Shown piece after piece: positions 19,720 through 30,403 of a stretch of DNA of 64,000 nt. Under the pieces are notes generated by a model. The model was not told where the DNA came from, ran no database searches, and was given only the letters and a program-made list of their open reading frames with translations. Origin of the DNA: a virus (lineage: Duplodnaviria; Caudoviricetes). How positions within the stretch are numbered: position 1 is the stretch's first letter; each line of letters begins with the position of its first letter. The stretch covers positions 1 to 64,000 of the IMG/VR virus record IMGVR_UViG_3300032030_000026; one strand, 5' to 3'. A program made the translations under genes and the position numbers.

Positions 19720-22700
19720 ATGGCACAAAATATACAAATATTAGATTGGAATGGTAACCTATTTGGTGATATATATAAAGTTAGTTATACCGGGGAGAGA
19801 TTATCATTCGTACCACAGATTGTAGTAGATGGAAGAAATCAGATTAATGGCGATTTCTGGGTGAGATATTTTACGGTAAATGAAGATCATTCTGCTATAA
19901 CGGGATGTGTGATGACCGGACCGGGCAGTCTGCCGGATGGCGATCCTCATAAAGCCGGAGATAAGGGTTTGACACCGGATGTTATAAATATACTTGGATT
20001 AACTAATGTATACGATGAAGATAGCATTTCCTGGACAGCGGGTTCCGCCGCGAAATTTATAACATATGAAGTATTTCCAGATAATAATGGTCAGCCCGAT
20101 TACAGCAACCCTATTGTCAAAAAAGATAATATTACATGGGATGTATATCCTAACATAGATGAAGGATCCGGCATACATGTGGATCTATCTTCCGGTAGTA
20201 ATCCTAGTCCATATACATTTCAATTAAATCAGGCGAAACCTACTGTAACTTTTTCCGGTGATGTAGAGGAGGTTGATTTTGATCCTAGCAATCCCGAAGA
20301 AACATATCATGCTTCGGGGTTTGAGCTTTCTTATGAAAACGACTACGGTGGCATATTCCGCGATGCTATTGAACGGAGAATTATAGCGGTAACTACTGCG
20401 GATCCGTCAAAGTTAGAGGTTTCCGGAAAGAGAATCGGCACGTTTACGTCGAATATTAGGATTGCCGACTTGTGTGTAGTGCAAGGAGATAATCCTGAAG
20501 AAAATCCGGAATTGTGGAGAAACTTTAGCCCACAATTTAAAATCAAGAGACAAATAAAATTGATTATAAAAGGAGAAGAATCTTCAACTTCCGGTATAGG
20601 CATCCCGGTTTCCGCCATTAAAGTATATGACGGTAGGCCATTGCGTCCGATAGTAGAAAATAAGTCTTCAAATGTTAATATAGAATATAGTGAGGATGGT
20701 ATTAACTTTAGTTCGGACCCGATATCCGTAACTGATGTTGGTACTAAATATGTCACCGTTAAAATAACAGGTATGTCCGAAGAGGCTACTTATGGATATT
20801 ATAGTATCACTATAACTCCCCGTCCGATTTATATAACATCGGATTCTGCTTCTTGGAATTATGATGGGCAAGAGAAAACTTGCGATTGGGTAACCGTTCA
20901 GGGTCATTATGATGAAGATGCTGGGCCCGTGCGGATACAGACTAGGTTCAGTCCCCCGGAAGGATCTAGGAAGATTACCGGAATTCCTCTCATAAAGAGT
21001 GGTGATACTATGGAGATAGAATTCAAAGGCGGACAGACCGGGATAGGGTCGTCTAGCAATGCCTTTGACTTTGAGGTAATATCATCTAAGCCTAACAACT
21101 ATGATGTAAGGGTAGAATTTGGTTTATTAAAAGTCAATCTAAGCTCACAAGATATATATGTATTTATCCGGGGCAATACTAAAGGCACATATGATGAATC
21201 CGATCCATATACCTGGTATGAACCCGAAAAAGACCGGAGTTGCGTATATGATGGCGGCATCTGGACGGTTTCTGGTTGGCAGGTGGTAGCCGTATCTAGC
21301 TCATCCGATTTTGTACCGGACCCCGATCATCATGGTGATTTGTGGGGTACTTATGGTGCTCGCGATATAGAATTCGTAGGCAAAGATACCGCTATGGAAG
21401 TATCCGGTGTGTATATCAACAATATCACGGATATGGATGATGAGAATTATTGGAATCCGGTAATTTATGAATCATCATTATCACAAGATCATTTTAGAAA
21501 TATTAATACCGGGTTCTCTTCACGATATATACATTTTATAGTCACTCCTAATCGGATTAAAATTGTTAAGAACCCGATAACTATCAAGATCACCGGACAT
21601 CATGATACATTTGACTTCAACATGATTATGCCATTAGGTGGAACTCAATGGGTTCCGGAAACAAGAAGTGTTGAGGGGTGTGATTATCTTGCTAGTAATC
21701 CGAATTATGACACAACTACTATAATATATAGGAAACCGAATCCGCGAGGCGGCAAATATTTAACTACCCCTACAATATCCGCCTGTGTATGGAATGAAGA
21801 AGTCCCTATGGATGAATCAATTATACCCGGAGCTTGGTATATGCATTTGGAAAACGATGTGCATAATGGAGAATCCGATAAAGATGCCCCATTCGAACCG
21901 GAGGAACCGGACTCGAATATCGGTAGTTTTATCAATACTAATAAAAATTATGAAGTTACTTTCAAGGTTGAAGAGGATGGTTGGATTTTGATAAACCCCA
22001 TTGATGTCAATGTATATATCCGAGGCACTCAAAAAACGATATCATATAACTCAGCCGGACACAATATTACCGGAACGTCGGAGACACCGGAGATTTGGTG
22101 GATGTCCGATTGTAAGTTTTATAATAATGTCGCCGCAGCGGAAGCTGTTGATAACGAAGCTGTTTTAAAAAATGGAGTACATTGGGTGACTCAATATAAA
22201 GAGCAATCTACGAGCCGGAGTCTCTTGGATACCGGAGAATCGGACATTAAATCGGACGCTAATAGTTCCGCCGGAACAATTAAAGCGGTCAAATCAACCG
22301 ATAAAGAATCTAGGACGACATATTATAGAGCTATTCATGGGGGATATTTCGAATGGTCTAACAATGGAGATACCGGCACACATACCGATATTAATGAACT
22401 TGTTGATGCTACTCCGGATGACGCATCCTATTGGAAATCCGTCCCATATCATATGGATCCGTCTATTGATAAAAATTCTCAAAATGAAGAAAACTTCTAT
22501 GCTGACCAAAATATCCAATTTGAGAACGAAGAGGAACCATTAGGATATCCTAATCATGTTTATAAAAACATCATACCTAATTTTATTCTGGTAGAAAATG
22601 GATCATTAACTATTACATCATATACGGATAATGTAAATGTATCTATAAGCGGCAAGACTCTATCCGTAGATTATGATGGAAATGAACATTCCGTATCCGG

Positions 22701-24576
22701 ATATGATTCGGAATCAAGCATATCTATATATAATCCGAGTAGTGATGATTATATTTCCGGTCCGGAGAACCCGGAAGCACGTGGCGTTAATCCGGGAGTA
22801 TATGTAATGGGATTGAATTCTAATAATTTCAAGAACATTAATAGAAACTTTTCTAATGTAATCATTGCCGTAATTGATGGGTGGCTCCAAATTGGAAGCA
22901 CAGGAATAGATCAAAATATCACAGGCAAAGAATCCGGATATAAGGTATTTGACAATACCGCTATGGAAATAGAAGATCCGGAGGGTATAACAAATCCAAA
23001 ACGATATGAAAAAAATCCGGATTATGATTCTCGTGATCCGGAATCTTCGGAATGGATAGAAAAATCCGGTAGTCTTGAAGTATATGATAATGGAGATTTT
23101 CAATTTCGAATAGAATCAACAAAGTCCGGAAATATTGTAGATATTGTCACGTCCGGGCGAATAGACCCCCTATATTTAGACATATCTTCATCGAGCGAAA
23201 CCTGGATTTATGACGGAGAGACTCATTCTAACCATACCCTATCGGTAAAGCCCGGCGTTGAGGATATTCCTAATATGGATAAAGTAATGATATTTGCTAA
23301 TGCCATATTGAATATTATAGACACCGAATCTATGCCGGAAGTTAAAAAATCCGGCAGTGTGCAAAATTCATTTACGTTTGGAAATATAAGCGCGCTATTT
23401 AATAATTCGGTACAAGACAAGCGATATGTTATTGATGACAAGCTGTATGAAAATGGAAATATTATAGGTAATTGGGATCCATTAACAAAACACACATCAT
23501 ATCCTAATGTAATTATTAAAACATCACCCGGAACACTAACTGTATCATCGGGAATAGACACGGTCACCATTCGGGGATTAGAAAAAACCGTTGTCTATGA
23601 TGGAAGACCGCATACATTAATAGGATATACCGTAAATCCTCCAATAAACATTCCGTTAGCACCCGATGTAATTCCGGATGATTTCTATGAAAATACAACA
23701 AATAAGATAAATGCCGGCGAATATGTGGTGGCTTTAACGGAAAATGATTTTGACTGGCCATCAGGAGTAGCTAATAAGATTGTAGCCGGAGATGTGAAGA
23801 TGACCATAACCAAAAGAGATCTCCTGATCACTACGGGGTCCGATACTATGCATTTTGATGATGAAGAACCGGAATATATTGCCAAAAATGAAACATATAC
23901 TACACAAGGTCTTGCTAGTACGGATCGTATAGTTCCGGATGCCTGGGTAAGCATAACATCAGGCGAGACCGATAATGTCATGACATATGAGATCTTACAC
24001 GAAAATGGTGATAGTGTCTTGAACAATTATAATATTGCGGCTAACTGGGGTCTCCTCAGAATCAGACATGCATCGGAAGCCGATTTGTACTACAGAATAA
24101 TGGGTATTTGTAAAAATACCACATCCCCGGACACCGATAAAATCCATATTATGGGATTAAAACACATTGATGGTCTTTTACGTATGGTTGATGAAGACAG
24201 ATTCTATCCCGCACTCCATAAACTTATGCCTATATCCGAAGATGGAGAAGTAGATCCGGATGATGTAATATGCATAATACCAACATTCAAACATAATAAG
24301 AAAATAGAAAATGTAACTTGGATGTTCGAAAATAAGAGCACAGGAGAAAAGATTTTTTCCAAAGTACACGACCGACCAATATTCCCGGACGGAAATTATC
24401 GGGGGGCACGCCCGGCATATCAGAATTATGGAGGATTATCGGATACTCCCGTATTGAATGTGGTACCAAAAGAACTCAAACCGGGATATTATGATATCAC
24501 ACTTAATTATAGAGTAGATAATACGGATTATTCTCAAAAATTCTCCAGTGTATTTGTAATTAAGAAGAAATCATGA
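19720..24576 (+). CDS. large beta-rich virion or adhesin-like protein with MBG/Ig-like repeats
   Basis: 1618 aa; repeated ITS.S..W.YDG ... NY.V....G.L.I units. Confidence 0.6.
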   Translation: MAQNIQILDWNGNLFGDIYKVSYTGERLSFVPQIVVDGRNQINGDFWVRYFTVNEDHSAITGCVMTGPGSLPDGDPHKAGDKGLTPDVINILGLTNVYDEDSISWTAGSAAKFITYEVFPDNNGQPDYSNPIVKKDNITWDVYPNIDEGSGIHVDLSSGSNPSPYTFQLNQAKPTVTFSGDVEEVDFDPSNPEETYHASGFELSYENDYGGIFRDAIERRIIAVTTADPSKLEVSGKRIGTFTSNIRIADLCVVQGDNPEENPELWRNFSPQFKIKRQIKLIIKGEESSTSGIGIPVSAIKVYDGRPLRPIVENKSSNVNIEYSEDGINFSSDPISVTDVGTKYVTVKITGMSEEATYGYYSITITPRPIYITSDSASWNYDGQEKTCDWVTVQGHYDEDAGPVRIQTRFSPPEGSRKITGIPLIKSGDTMEIEFKGGQTGIGSSSNAFDFEVISSKPNNYDVRVEFGLLKVNLSSQDIYVFIRGNTKGTYDESDPYTWYEPEKDRSCVYDGGIWTVSGWQVVAVSSSSDFVPDPDHHGDLWGTYGARDIEFVGKDTAMEVSGVYINNITDMDDENYWNPVIYESSLSQDHFRNINTGFSSRYIHFIVTPNRIKIVKNPITIKITGHHDTFDFNMIMPLGGTQWVPETRSVEGCDYLASNPNYDTTTIIYRKPNPRGGKYLTTPTISACVWNEEVPMDESIIPGAWYMHLENDVHNGESDKDAPFEPEEPDSNIGSFINTNKNYEVTFKVEEDGWILINPIDVNVYIRGTQKTISYNSAGHNITGTSETPEIWWMSDCKFYNNVAAAEAVDNEAVLKNGVHWVTQYKEQSTSRSLLDTGESDIKSDANSSAGTIKAVKSTDKESRTTYYRAIHGGYFEWSNNGDTGTHTDINELVDATPDDASYWKSVPYHMDPSIDKNSQNEENFYADQNIQFENEEEPLGYPNHVYKNIIPNFILVENGSLTITSYTDNVNVSISGKTLSVDYDGNEHSVSGYDSESSISIYNPSSDDYISGPENPEARGVNPGVYVMGLNSNNFKNINRNFSNVIIAVIDGWLQIGSTGIDQNITGKESGYKVFDNTAMEIEDPEGITNPKRYEKNPDYDSRDPESSEWIEKSGSLEVYDNGDFQFRIESTKSGNIVDIVTSGRIDPLYLDISSSSETWIYDGETHSNHTLSVKPGVEDIPNMDKVMIFANAILNIIDTESMPEVKKSGSVQNSFTFGNISALFNNSVQDKRYVIDDKLYENGNIIGNWDPLTKHTSYPNVIIKTSPGTLTVSSGIDTVTIRGLEKTVVYDGRPHTLIGYTVNPPINIPLAPDVIPDDFYENTTNKINAGEYVVALTENDFDWPSGVANKIVAGDVKMTITKRDLLITTGSDTMHFDDEEPEYIAKNETYTTQGLASTDRIVPDAWVSITSGETDNVMTYEILHENGDSVLNNYNIAANWGLLRIRHASEADLYYRIMGICKNTTSPDTDKIHIMGLKHIDGLLRMVDEDRFYPALHKLMPISEDGEVDPDDVICIIPTFKHNKKIENVTWMFENKSTGEKIFSKVHDRPIFPDGNYRGARPAYQNYGGLSDTPVLNVVPKELKPGYYDITLNYRVDNTDYSQKFSSVFVIKKKS

Positions 24577-24869
24577 TTTATGTAATGAATATATTAACTC
24601 CCACTCGTCAAGGGGATGCATATGACCTGGTAGCCATTAATAAATTTCCTATAATCTATAAAACATCTAGGAAACCGGATGATTTTTTATATGATAAATG
24701 CATGATAGAACAAATGGAAAAAGTAATTCTCAATAAAACTACAAGAGATCATGCAATTCTATATATAAGAAGCATAAATGAAGATATGTCTTTTAATGAT
24801 TATGAATATTCAGTTAAGAATATTTTAGAAATTTTTAATAAAAACGAAAAATATGGCAAAAAAGAGTGA
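24573..24869 (+). CDS. hypothetical protein
   Basis: ATGA overlap with upstream gene. Confidence 0.55.
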   Translation: MIYVMNILTPTRQGDAYDLVAINKFPIIYKTSRKPDDFLYDKCMIEQMEKVILNKTTRDHAILYIRSINEDMSFNDYEYSVKNILEIFNKNEKYGKKE

Positions 24870-25467
24870 ATATACTCCAAAAGATCTTATGGATGATATT
24901 TTTGGAGGAGATGATCTTCCCATGGATAATATGGAAGATGTATATACTATAGATACCGATCTTATTAATAAGGAGAGCAATATTATGGCTACTTCTTTAA
25001 TATCTTCGGTGTTGCGGCTATACAACAATAAAGAATTTGTGGACGAGCACCCGGATTTTAAAAAGAGAATAGATACGGAAATAGAGTCTTTGAAGAGAAT
25101 GTATAAGATGATCAAGACGGATGAGATTGTCCATGATCATCTGGTGCAGGCAATATCCAAGAATCCGGGCAATGCTTCTTTATATATGTCTATGACCAAA
25201 TTGCAAGAAAAAATTTCCTCACTGGACGGTGATATCAAACGCATTCTGGATGGACTGAATAAGATATGTGCCAATTATCAGATGGAGCTCAATTTTGAAC
25301 AGACTCGGAAGGCGTCAGATGATGAATCCGCTTATGACGAGACGGGAGTGATTACTCGGGGAGGCAAAGCATTTGTGGATATGATGAAGGGAGATTCTTT
25401 AGTAAGAGAACCCGAGTTGTTTGATAATGAAGAATATCAAGAAGAAGAAATTGAAGATGATGAATAG
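24853..25467 (+). CDS. hypothetical protein
   Basis: 204-aa helical ORF with acidic tail, followed by a terminator. Confidence 0.7.
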   Translation: MAKKSEYTPKDLMDDIFGGDDLPMDNMEDVYTIDTDLINKESNIMATSLISSVLRLYNNKEFVDEHPDFKKRIDTEIESLKRMYKMIKTDEIVHDHLVQAISKNPGNASLYMSMTKLQEKISSLDGDIKRILDGLNKICANYQMELNFEQTRKASDDESAYDETGVITRGGKAFVDMMKGDSLVREPELFDNEEYQEEEIEDDE

Positions 25468-25512
25468 GTGAACAATAATTGTAAGGAACCGTAATAAGTT
25501 CCTTTTTTTATA

Positions 25513-25540
25513 CTTAATAATTCGACAAATTGTTTATATA
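25513..25540 (+). promoter_or_regulatory. putative phage promoter
   Basis: CTTAAT-N12-TGTTTATATA. Confidence 0.55.
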
Positions 25541-25545
25541 ATAGC

Positions 25546-25656
25546 ATGGAAGAATACGATAACTTTTTTGAAGAAGATTTTGAGTACCTTGATGAAGGCC
25601 ACATTCCGCAAAAGCCGGAATCAGAATGGTTTGAAGATGATAGTTTTGAAATATAA
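25546..25656 (+). CDS. 36-aa highly acidic peptide (absent from ORF track)
   Basis: MEEYDNFFEEDFEYLDEGHIPQKPESEWFEDDSFEI directly after the promoter motif. Confidence 0.55.
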   Translation: MEEYDNFFEEDFEYLDEGHIPQKPESEWFEDDSFEI

Positions 25657-25682
25657 AAAACCTTTTTAAATCCAAACCACCT

Positions 25683-25859
25683 ATGGAAGAAATTAAAAAT
25701 ATTTTAGGCGACTCATTTGATGAATTTATGGGGATATTTAAATCCATCATCTACAGCGACAGACATCCATTTGACCAGTATTCCGAATTGGAAAATCTTT
25801 TATTTGATTATGGATTAGAATTAGATTATTTAGAAACATTGCTTTCTAATGCATTTTAA
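25683..25859 (+). CDS. 58-aa acidic hypothetical protein (absent from ORF track)
   Basis: MEEIKNILGDSFDEF...LFDYGLELDYLETLLSNAF. Confidence 0.6.
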   Translation: MEEIKNILGDSFDEFMGIFKSIIYSDRHPFDQYSELENLLFDYGLELDYLETLLSNAF

Positions 25860-25902
25860 TTTTTCCAAAATTTAGTTTATATTAATTCAAAATTATACTA
25901 TT

Positions 25903-26532
25903 ATGTTAATTAGAAAACAATACAGCATCGAGATGGGACATCTGGTCCGGAATTGTTCTTCGGAGAGATGCGCTTTCTCTCAACATGGGCACTCTGCTAT
26001 TATAGAAGTAATTCTGAGCGCAAGTGCATTGGATAACGCCGGAATGGTTTATGATTTCGGCCTGATGAAAGGCACCATCAAGCAATTTATTGATTCTTTT
26101 GACCATTGTTACGTTTTTTGGAACAAGGAATCGGAAGAATTCAAAAGATATATCAAGAAATTCAACCGCCGGTGGATAGAAGTAGACTTCAACCCCACCG
26201 CCGAGAACTTAGCATTGTTCTTCCACGGCTGGATAGAGTATATTCTTTCTAAGACCAAGATGAACAATAATGAGAGCCCCGATCTACATGTAGCTTCCGT
26301 CATTTATCATGAGACCGCCACCGGATATGCCCAGACGGAGTATGGTGATGTAGATCTGATTTATAAAAACCAAGTCGGAGAACATATTGATCCTAGATTG
26401 AAAATGTCTGATATTTCGGAACACGTCGCCAAAGATTGGTCTGATGATCTTAAATTAATCATGCATCATCGTAACATGGATTATGGTAAAGTTGTAGATA
26501 ATCCGATCCCGTTCCATCAAATTGAAAATTAA
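25903..26532 (+). CDS. queD: 6-carboxytetrahydropterin synthase QueD
   Basis: H.VRNC.SERC..S.HGHS, GMVYDFG, FDH, NPTAEN, HET. Confidence 0.9.
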   Translation: MLIRKQYSIEMGHLVRNCSSERCAFSQHGHSAIIEVILSASALDNAGMVYDFGLMKGTIKQFIDSFDHCYVFWNKESEEFKRYIKKFNRRWIEVDFNPTAENLALFFHGWIEYILSKTKMNNNESPDLHVASVIYHETATGYAQTEYGDVDLIYKNQVGEHIDPRLKMSDISEHVAKDWSDDLKLIMHHRNMDYGKVVDNPIPFHQIEN

Positions 26533-26561
26533 AAAAATATTAAATTAAAAATTTATAAAAT

Positions 26562-27488
26562 ATGAACAATTTAGATAATTCTTTATTTGAAAGTGTATGT
26601 GCTCTTCTGGGTATCGATAAAAAAGCGGTCGAAGAGTACTTAAAAGATCCCATGTCTAATATGACTTGCGATGTAGAACAAAAAGCTCCGGCGGAGACTC
26701 CCGTAATTGATCACGATGATCTGCCAAATCGTATGAACCCCGGTGGTAAGTCCGATAATCAGCTTAAAGCGGAAGGCTGGAAACTATCCGAAGATTTTGA
26801 AAAACGTGAGGACGGAGCTTATGTCTGCAAGAGAATCTGGACAAAATCCGAAAACCCCGGCGACCGCAAGTGTAAATGTGATTGTCAAGAAGGGCAACCG
26901 GATATTTCTGACGCCCGCTTGAAATCCGATTTGCTTACGGTGGACGGCTGGATGGACGTAATGAACTGGGCTTTGCTCCATAATTGGAGCACTATGAAAA
27001 TCGCCATGAATGAGAAGTTTCCGAACAATAAAGACGAAGTGGAGTCCGTCTTGAAATTTGTTAACATGGCACTGGAGGACACCGTCGAGTATCAGATCCC
27101 GGTCACATCTATCTGGAATAAATTTTCTTCTAAAAATGCTTATTCATGTGCGGAAGTCCTAGATCATATCATTCGTGACGTTATTGAGTCGATTAAAGTG
27201 AATGAAACAAATATAGTCACCGACATGAATAAGCTTTGCCCGGAAGCCCGCAATACACTTATCTGCAGACTGACTAAGTATAAATCGCTGTTAGATAGCG
27301 AAATGAATAAGATTATTGATTACACCGACAATATCGAGCCGCAATATCATCATATGAACATCATGACTCCATATATCGAATCCTCCCCGTATGCAATGAT
27401 TCTTCTTTGGGTATCCCTCATCACGGAATATCTTGCGGAACTGATTGAGATTACCAATAAGATTCTTTCAGCTAACAAGGTCCTTTAA
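26562..27488 (+). CDS. hypothetical protein
   Basis: 308-aa ORF between queD and queC. Confidence 0.7.
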   Translation: MNNLDNSLFESVCALLGIDKKAVEEYLKDPMSNMTCDVEQKAPAETPVIDHDDLPNRMNPGGKSDNQLKAEGWKLSEDFEKREDGAYVCKRIWTKSENPGDRKCKCDCQEGQPDISDARLKSDLLTVDGWMDVMNWALLHNWSTMKIAMNEKFPNNKDEVESVLKFVNMALEDTVEYQIPVTSIWNKFSSKNAYSCAEVLDHIIRDVIESIKVNETNIVTDMNKLCPEARNTLICRLTKYKSLLDSEMNKIIDYTDNIEPQYHHMNIMTPYIESSPYAMILLWVSLITEYLAELIEITNKILSANKVL

Positions 27489-27552
27489 GGACCTTTTTTT
27501 TATAAATATTCTTAAGAGAACTTATATATTAACTTATAAAATTCCATAAAAT

Positions 27553-28299
27553 ATGAAAAAAGACATTCAATTTGACAAACAAGCGGTAATCAGTTTCTCC
27601 GGAGGCATGGACAGCACTTGTCTGATGATGCATCTTCTCTCTAAAGGATACAAGGTCAATGCCTATAGCTTCGATTATGGACAGGCACATGCCGTAGAGC
27701 TCCGTCTTGCCAAGAAGAACATCAAGTATCTGCAAAGCCTGGGACTGCCGGTAGAATATCAGATCATCAACCTCCGGGACGTATTCTCCGGCGATACTAG
27801 CACGCTGGTAAGACACGAGAAATCGCCGGAAGGAGATTATAGAGAAGAATCCATGAAAAGTACCGTTGTAGCTAATCGCAATGTAATTTTCAGTTCCGTA
27901 ATTTTCGCTAAAGCATTAAGTTTAGCTAAGACCATCGGACAAAATGTATTGATTTCACTAGGCGTACATGCCGGTGATCATGCCATTTATCCGGATTGTA
28001 AGGAAGAATCCGTTAATATGGCTCGCGAACTGTACCGTATTTCCAATTGGGATTCCGAGCTAGTGGAATACGATGCTCCGTTCGTGAATATCAACAAATC
28101 GGGGGTGCTTAGCAAGGGACTGGAGGCAATGAAGAATTTAGGTATGACCAAATCTCAGATCAATAAAGTGCTCAAAAACACCATGTCTTGCTATAATGCA
28201 ACTCCGGATGGGAAGGCATGTGGCAAGTGCGGGACGTGCACGGAACGAATAGAGGCATTTCGAGATAACGGAATAAAAGATCCAATCCAATATGTTTAA
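27553..28299 (+). CDS. queC: 7-cyano-7-deazaguanine synthase QueC
   Basis: SGGMDS, FDYGQ.H, NRN, YPDC, SCY...CGKCGTC.ER. Confidence 0.95.
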   Translation: MKKDIQFDKQAVISFSGGMDSTCLMMHLLSKGYKVNAYSFDYGQAHAVELRLAKKNIKYLQSLGLPVEYQIINLRDVFSGDTSTLVRHEKSPEGDYREESMKSTVVANRNVIFSSVIFAKALSLAKTIGQNVLISLGVHAGDHAIYPDCKEESVNMARELYRISNWDSELVEYDAPFVNINKSGVLSKGLEAMKNLGMTKSQINKVLKNTMSCYNATPDGKACGKCGTCTERIEAFRDNGIKDPIQYV

Positions 28300-28351
28300 T
28301 ATCAAGACCTCTTCGGAGGTCTTTTTTTATTTTTTAAAAAAATATCATATA

Positions 28352-28753
28352 ATGAAAACATTAACGGAATCTATAATAGGGAAGAGAGGAAATTCGGCTA
28401 AATACACGAAAATACCCGGAACCCTGGAATGGTATTTCCGTAACCGGGATTACCATATAGATCGACACGAAATCGGTGATAATTGGTATGTGATGTATAA
28501 CGACAAAGCCGTATTGTTCTGGCATCCGGATGCAATGTGGTATCCTTATTTCTTCAAAAATGACAATCATTTATGGAAATATGCCTGGTCTCTAGTCGGG
28601 TCCGGATCTATTTCATATGTAGGGCCGGAAGAGGCTTATAACGACATAATGATGAGATTTGATGAATTCCTCCAGGATGGGCCTACCGTTCCATATTTGA
28701 CGGAGATAAAAATACCGGATAAAGTCAAGAATATTTTAAAGACAATGAAATAA
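28352..28753 (+). CDS. ESIIG-leader family protein, W.P.A..YPF subfamily
   Basis: MKTLTESIIGKRG; start reassigned to 28352. Confidence 0.8.
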   Translation: MKTLTESIIGKRGNSAKYTKIPGTLEWYFRNRDYHIDRHEIGDNWYVMYNDKAVLFWHPDAMWYPYFFKNDNHLWKYAWSLVGSGSISYVGPEEAYNDIMMRFDEFLQDGPTVPYLTEIKIPDKVKNILKTMK

Positions 28754-28761
28754 AACATATC

Positions 28762-29220
28762 ATGAAACATATCAGTGAATCTATAATAGGTAGGAAAGGA
28801 TCCGCAAATAGAACTATTATACACATACCAGGTACTATAGAATTTTTATATGAGGTGGACAGTCTTTCTAATCCGATGAATGGTTGGAAAGCCGCGGATA
28901 AATGTGATGATTGGTATTTACTGGTGGATCAAGAAAAATTGATAGTGATGTTATGGTCTCCGAACGCCAATTATTTTCCGTTTCTTTATACGGATGATGA
29001 TTGGAAATGGAACTTTAACAGAAGTTGGAATTTAGCCGTAAAAATCTTACCGGAATTGAAAGGTGTTAATAGTCCAAGCATGATGCATGATCTTATAAGC
29101 GATGCCGACCACTGGGATAAATATACGGCTAAAAAAGCTATTACGAATGTTTCGATAGAAATGCCAAAAGCAATTGAAAAGCTTATTCGCGATAAAGCGG
29201 GCTTGCATTTTTGGAAATAA
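28762..29220 (+). CDS. ESIIG-leader family protein, W.P.A..YPF subfamily
   Basis: MKHISESIIGRKG. Confidence 0.85.
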   Translation: MKHISESIIGRKGSANRTIIHIPGTIEFLYEVDSLSNPMNGWKAADKCDDWYLLVDQEKLIVMLWSPNANYFPFLYTDDDWKWNFNRSWNLAVKILPELKGVNSPSMMHDLISDADHWDKYTAKKAITNVSIEMPKAIEKLIRDKAGLHFWK

Positions 29221-29239
29221 TGGAAATAATGATAAGTAT

Positions 29240-29680
29240 ATGAAGACATTGCAAGAATCTATAATAGGGAGGAAAGGCATTCCGAGATCATTGACGAATG
29301 GATATACTATAAGTATACCGCGTATCAAAACTCTTAAATATGAAAAGACGGATGGTAGCTGGTCATATGATGATAAATGTATCGGATGGTATTTAATGAT
29401 GGATCACGAGAAGTCGACTATAATGTTATGGTCTCAAAAAGCCACTTATTATCCATTTATTTATGCAAGGGATATTATTTTTGATGGTTTCATGGGTAAT
29501 TGGAATTTAATGCCGGGTAAACCTAATATATCTATTGATGAAATATATGATATTTTAGATTCCGACGCCGAAACCTGGAATGATCTTGATCTTGTATGTG
29601 ATAGTATAACTAATATTGAAATAAATTTACCATCGGGAATTGAGTCACTAATCAAAGATTTTTATAAAAACACCAAATAA
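29240..29680 (+). CDS. ESIIG-leader family protein, W.P.A..YPF subfamily
   Basis: MKTLQESIIGRKG; start reassigned to 29240. Confidence 0.8.
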   Translation: MKTLQESIIGRKGIPRSLTNGYTISIPRIKTLKYEKTDGSWSYDDKCIGWYLMMDHEKSTIMLWSQKATYYPFIYARDIIFDGFMGNWNLMPGKPNISIDEIYDILDSDAETWNDLDLVCDSITNIEINLPSGIESLIKDFYKNTK

Positions 29681-30006
29681 TGAGAGCACTCAGCGAATCT
29701 ATAATAGGAAAGAAAAACACCCAATCCAGGTCGGCTTGGTATAACAGAGAATCTAAATTATCCCGAGATGAAATAATCGGAGATATTATGTGTTGTATAA
29801 GCAACATTCAAAGCAACGGTAATTATCTGCGTGGATTAAAGGATCCGGAGGCTAATTATGCCGAATACGTTGCGGATATTCTAAATATTGCAGCCAGGTG
29901 CAAAGACAAAAAAATATCGGATATGGCTAAAAAGTACTTACATAATTCTCCCGATGAAGAGCTTTTTGATGGGGTAATTGCCATATCACAATTGCTAGGA
30001 ATTTAA
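29680..30006 (+). CDS. ESIIG-leader family protein
   Basis: MRALSESIIGKKN. Confidence 0.8.
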   Translation: MRALSESIIGKKNTQSRSAWYNRESKLSRDEIIGDIMCCISNIQSNGNYLRGLKDPEANYAEYVADILNIAARCKDKKISDMAKKYLHNSPDEELFDGVIAISQLLGI

Positions 30007-30019
30007 GCTATAAAAAATC

Positions 30020-30403
30020 ATGAAACATATTAACGAATCTATAATAGGGCGAAAAGGAACTCCTCTGCAGGATTGGCATACCGGGGATCTTGTATATATG
30101 AACATTAATGGCCCCAATATACCCGGAAATTATAATTATGTCTGGCTTTATTTAGATAAATATGAAGCTAAAAGACGGATGGATGAGTTCGAATCAAACG
30201 CTCATTTACAAAAAAAAATTCAAGAAGGAAAATCCGTATTTATACAGCCTGGTGCAATCAGGAGCAATTATAAATATGTTGGGCAGGCTTCGGAAAAATT
30301 TTTATCCAATTTTGCACAGGAACTGATTAGGATGGGTCGGTTGAAATTGGATCCTAAAAAAACTATACAAGAAAATTTAGAAGAAAACAATTACGGGCTA
30401 TGA
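30020..30403 (+). CDS. ESIIG-leader family protein
   Basis: MKHINESIIGRKG. Confidence 0.85.
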   Translation: MKHINESIIGRKGTPLQDWHTGDLVYMNINGPNIPGNYNYVWLYLDKYEAKRRMDEFESNAHLQKKIQEGKSVFIQPGAIRSNYKYVGQASEKFLSNFAQELIRMGRLKLDPKKTIQENLEENNYGL

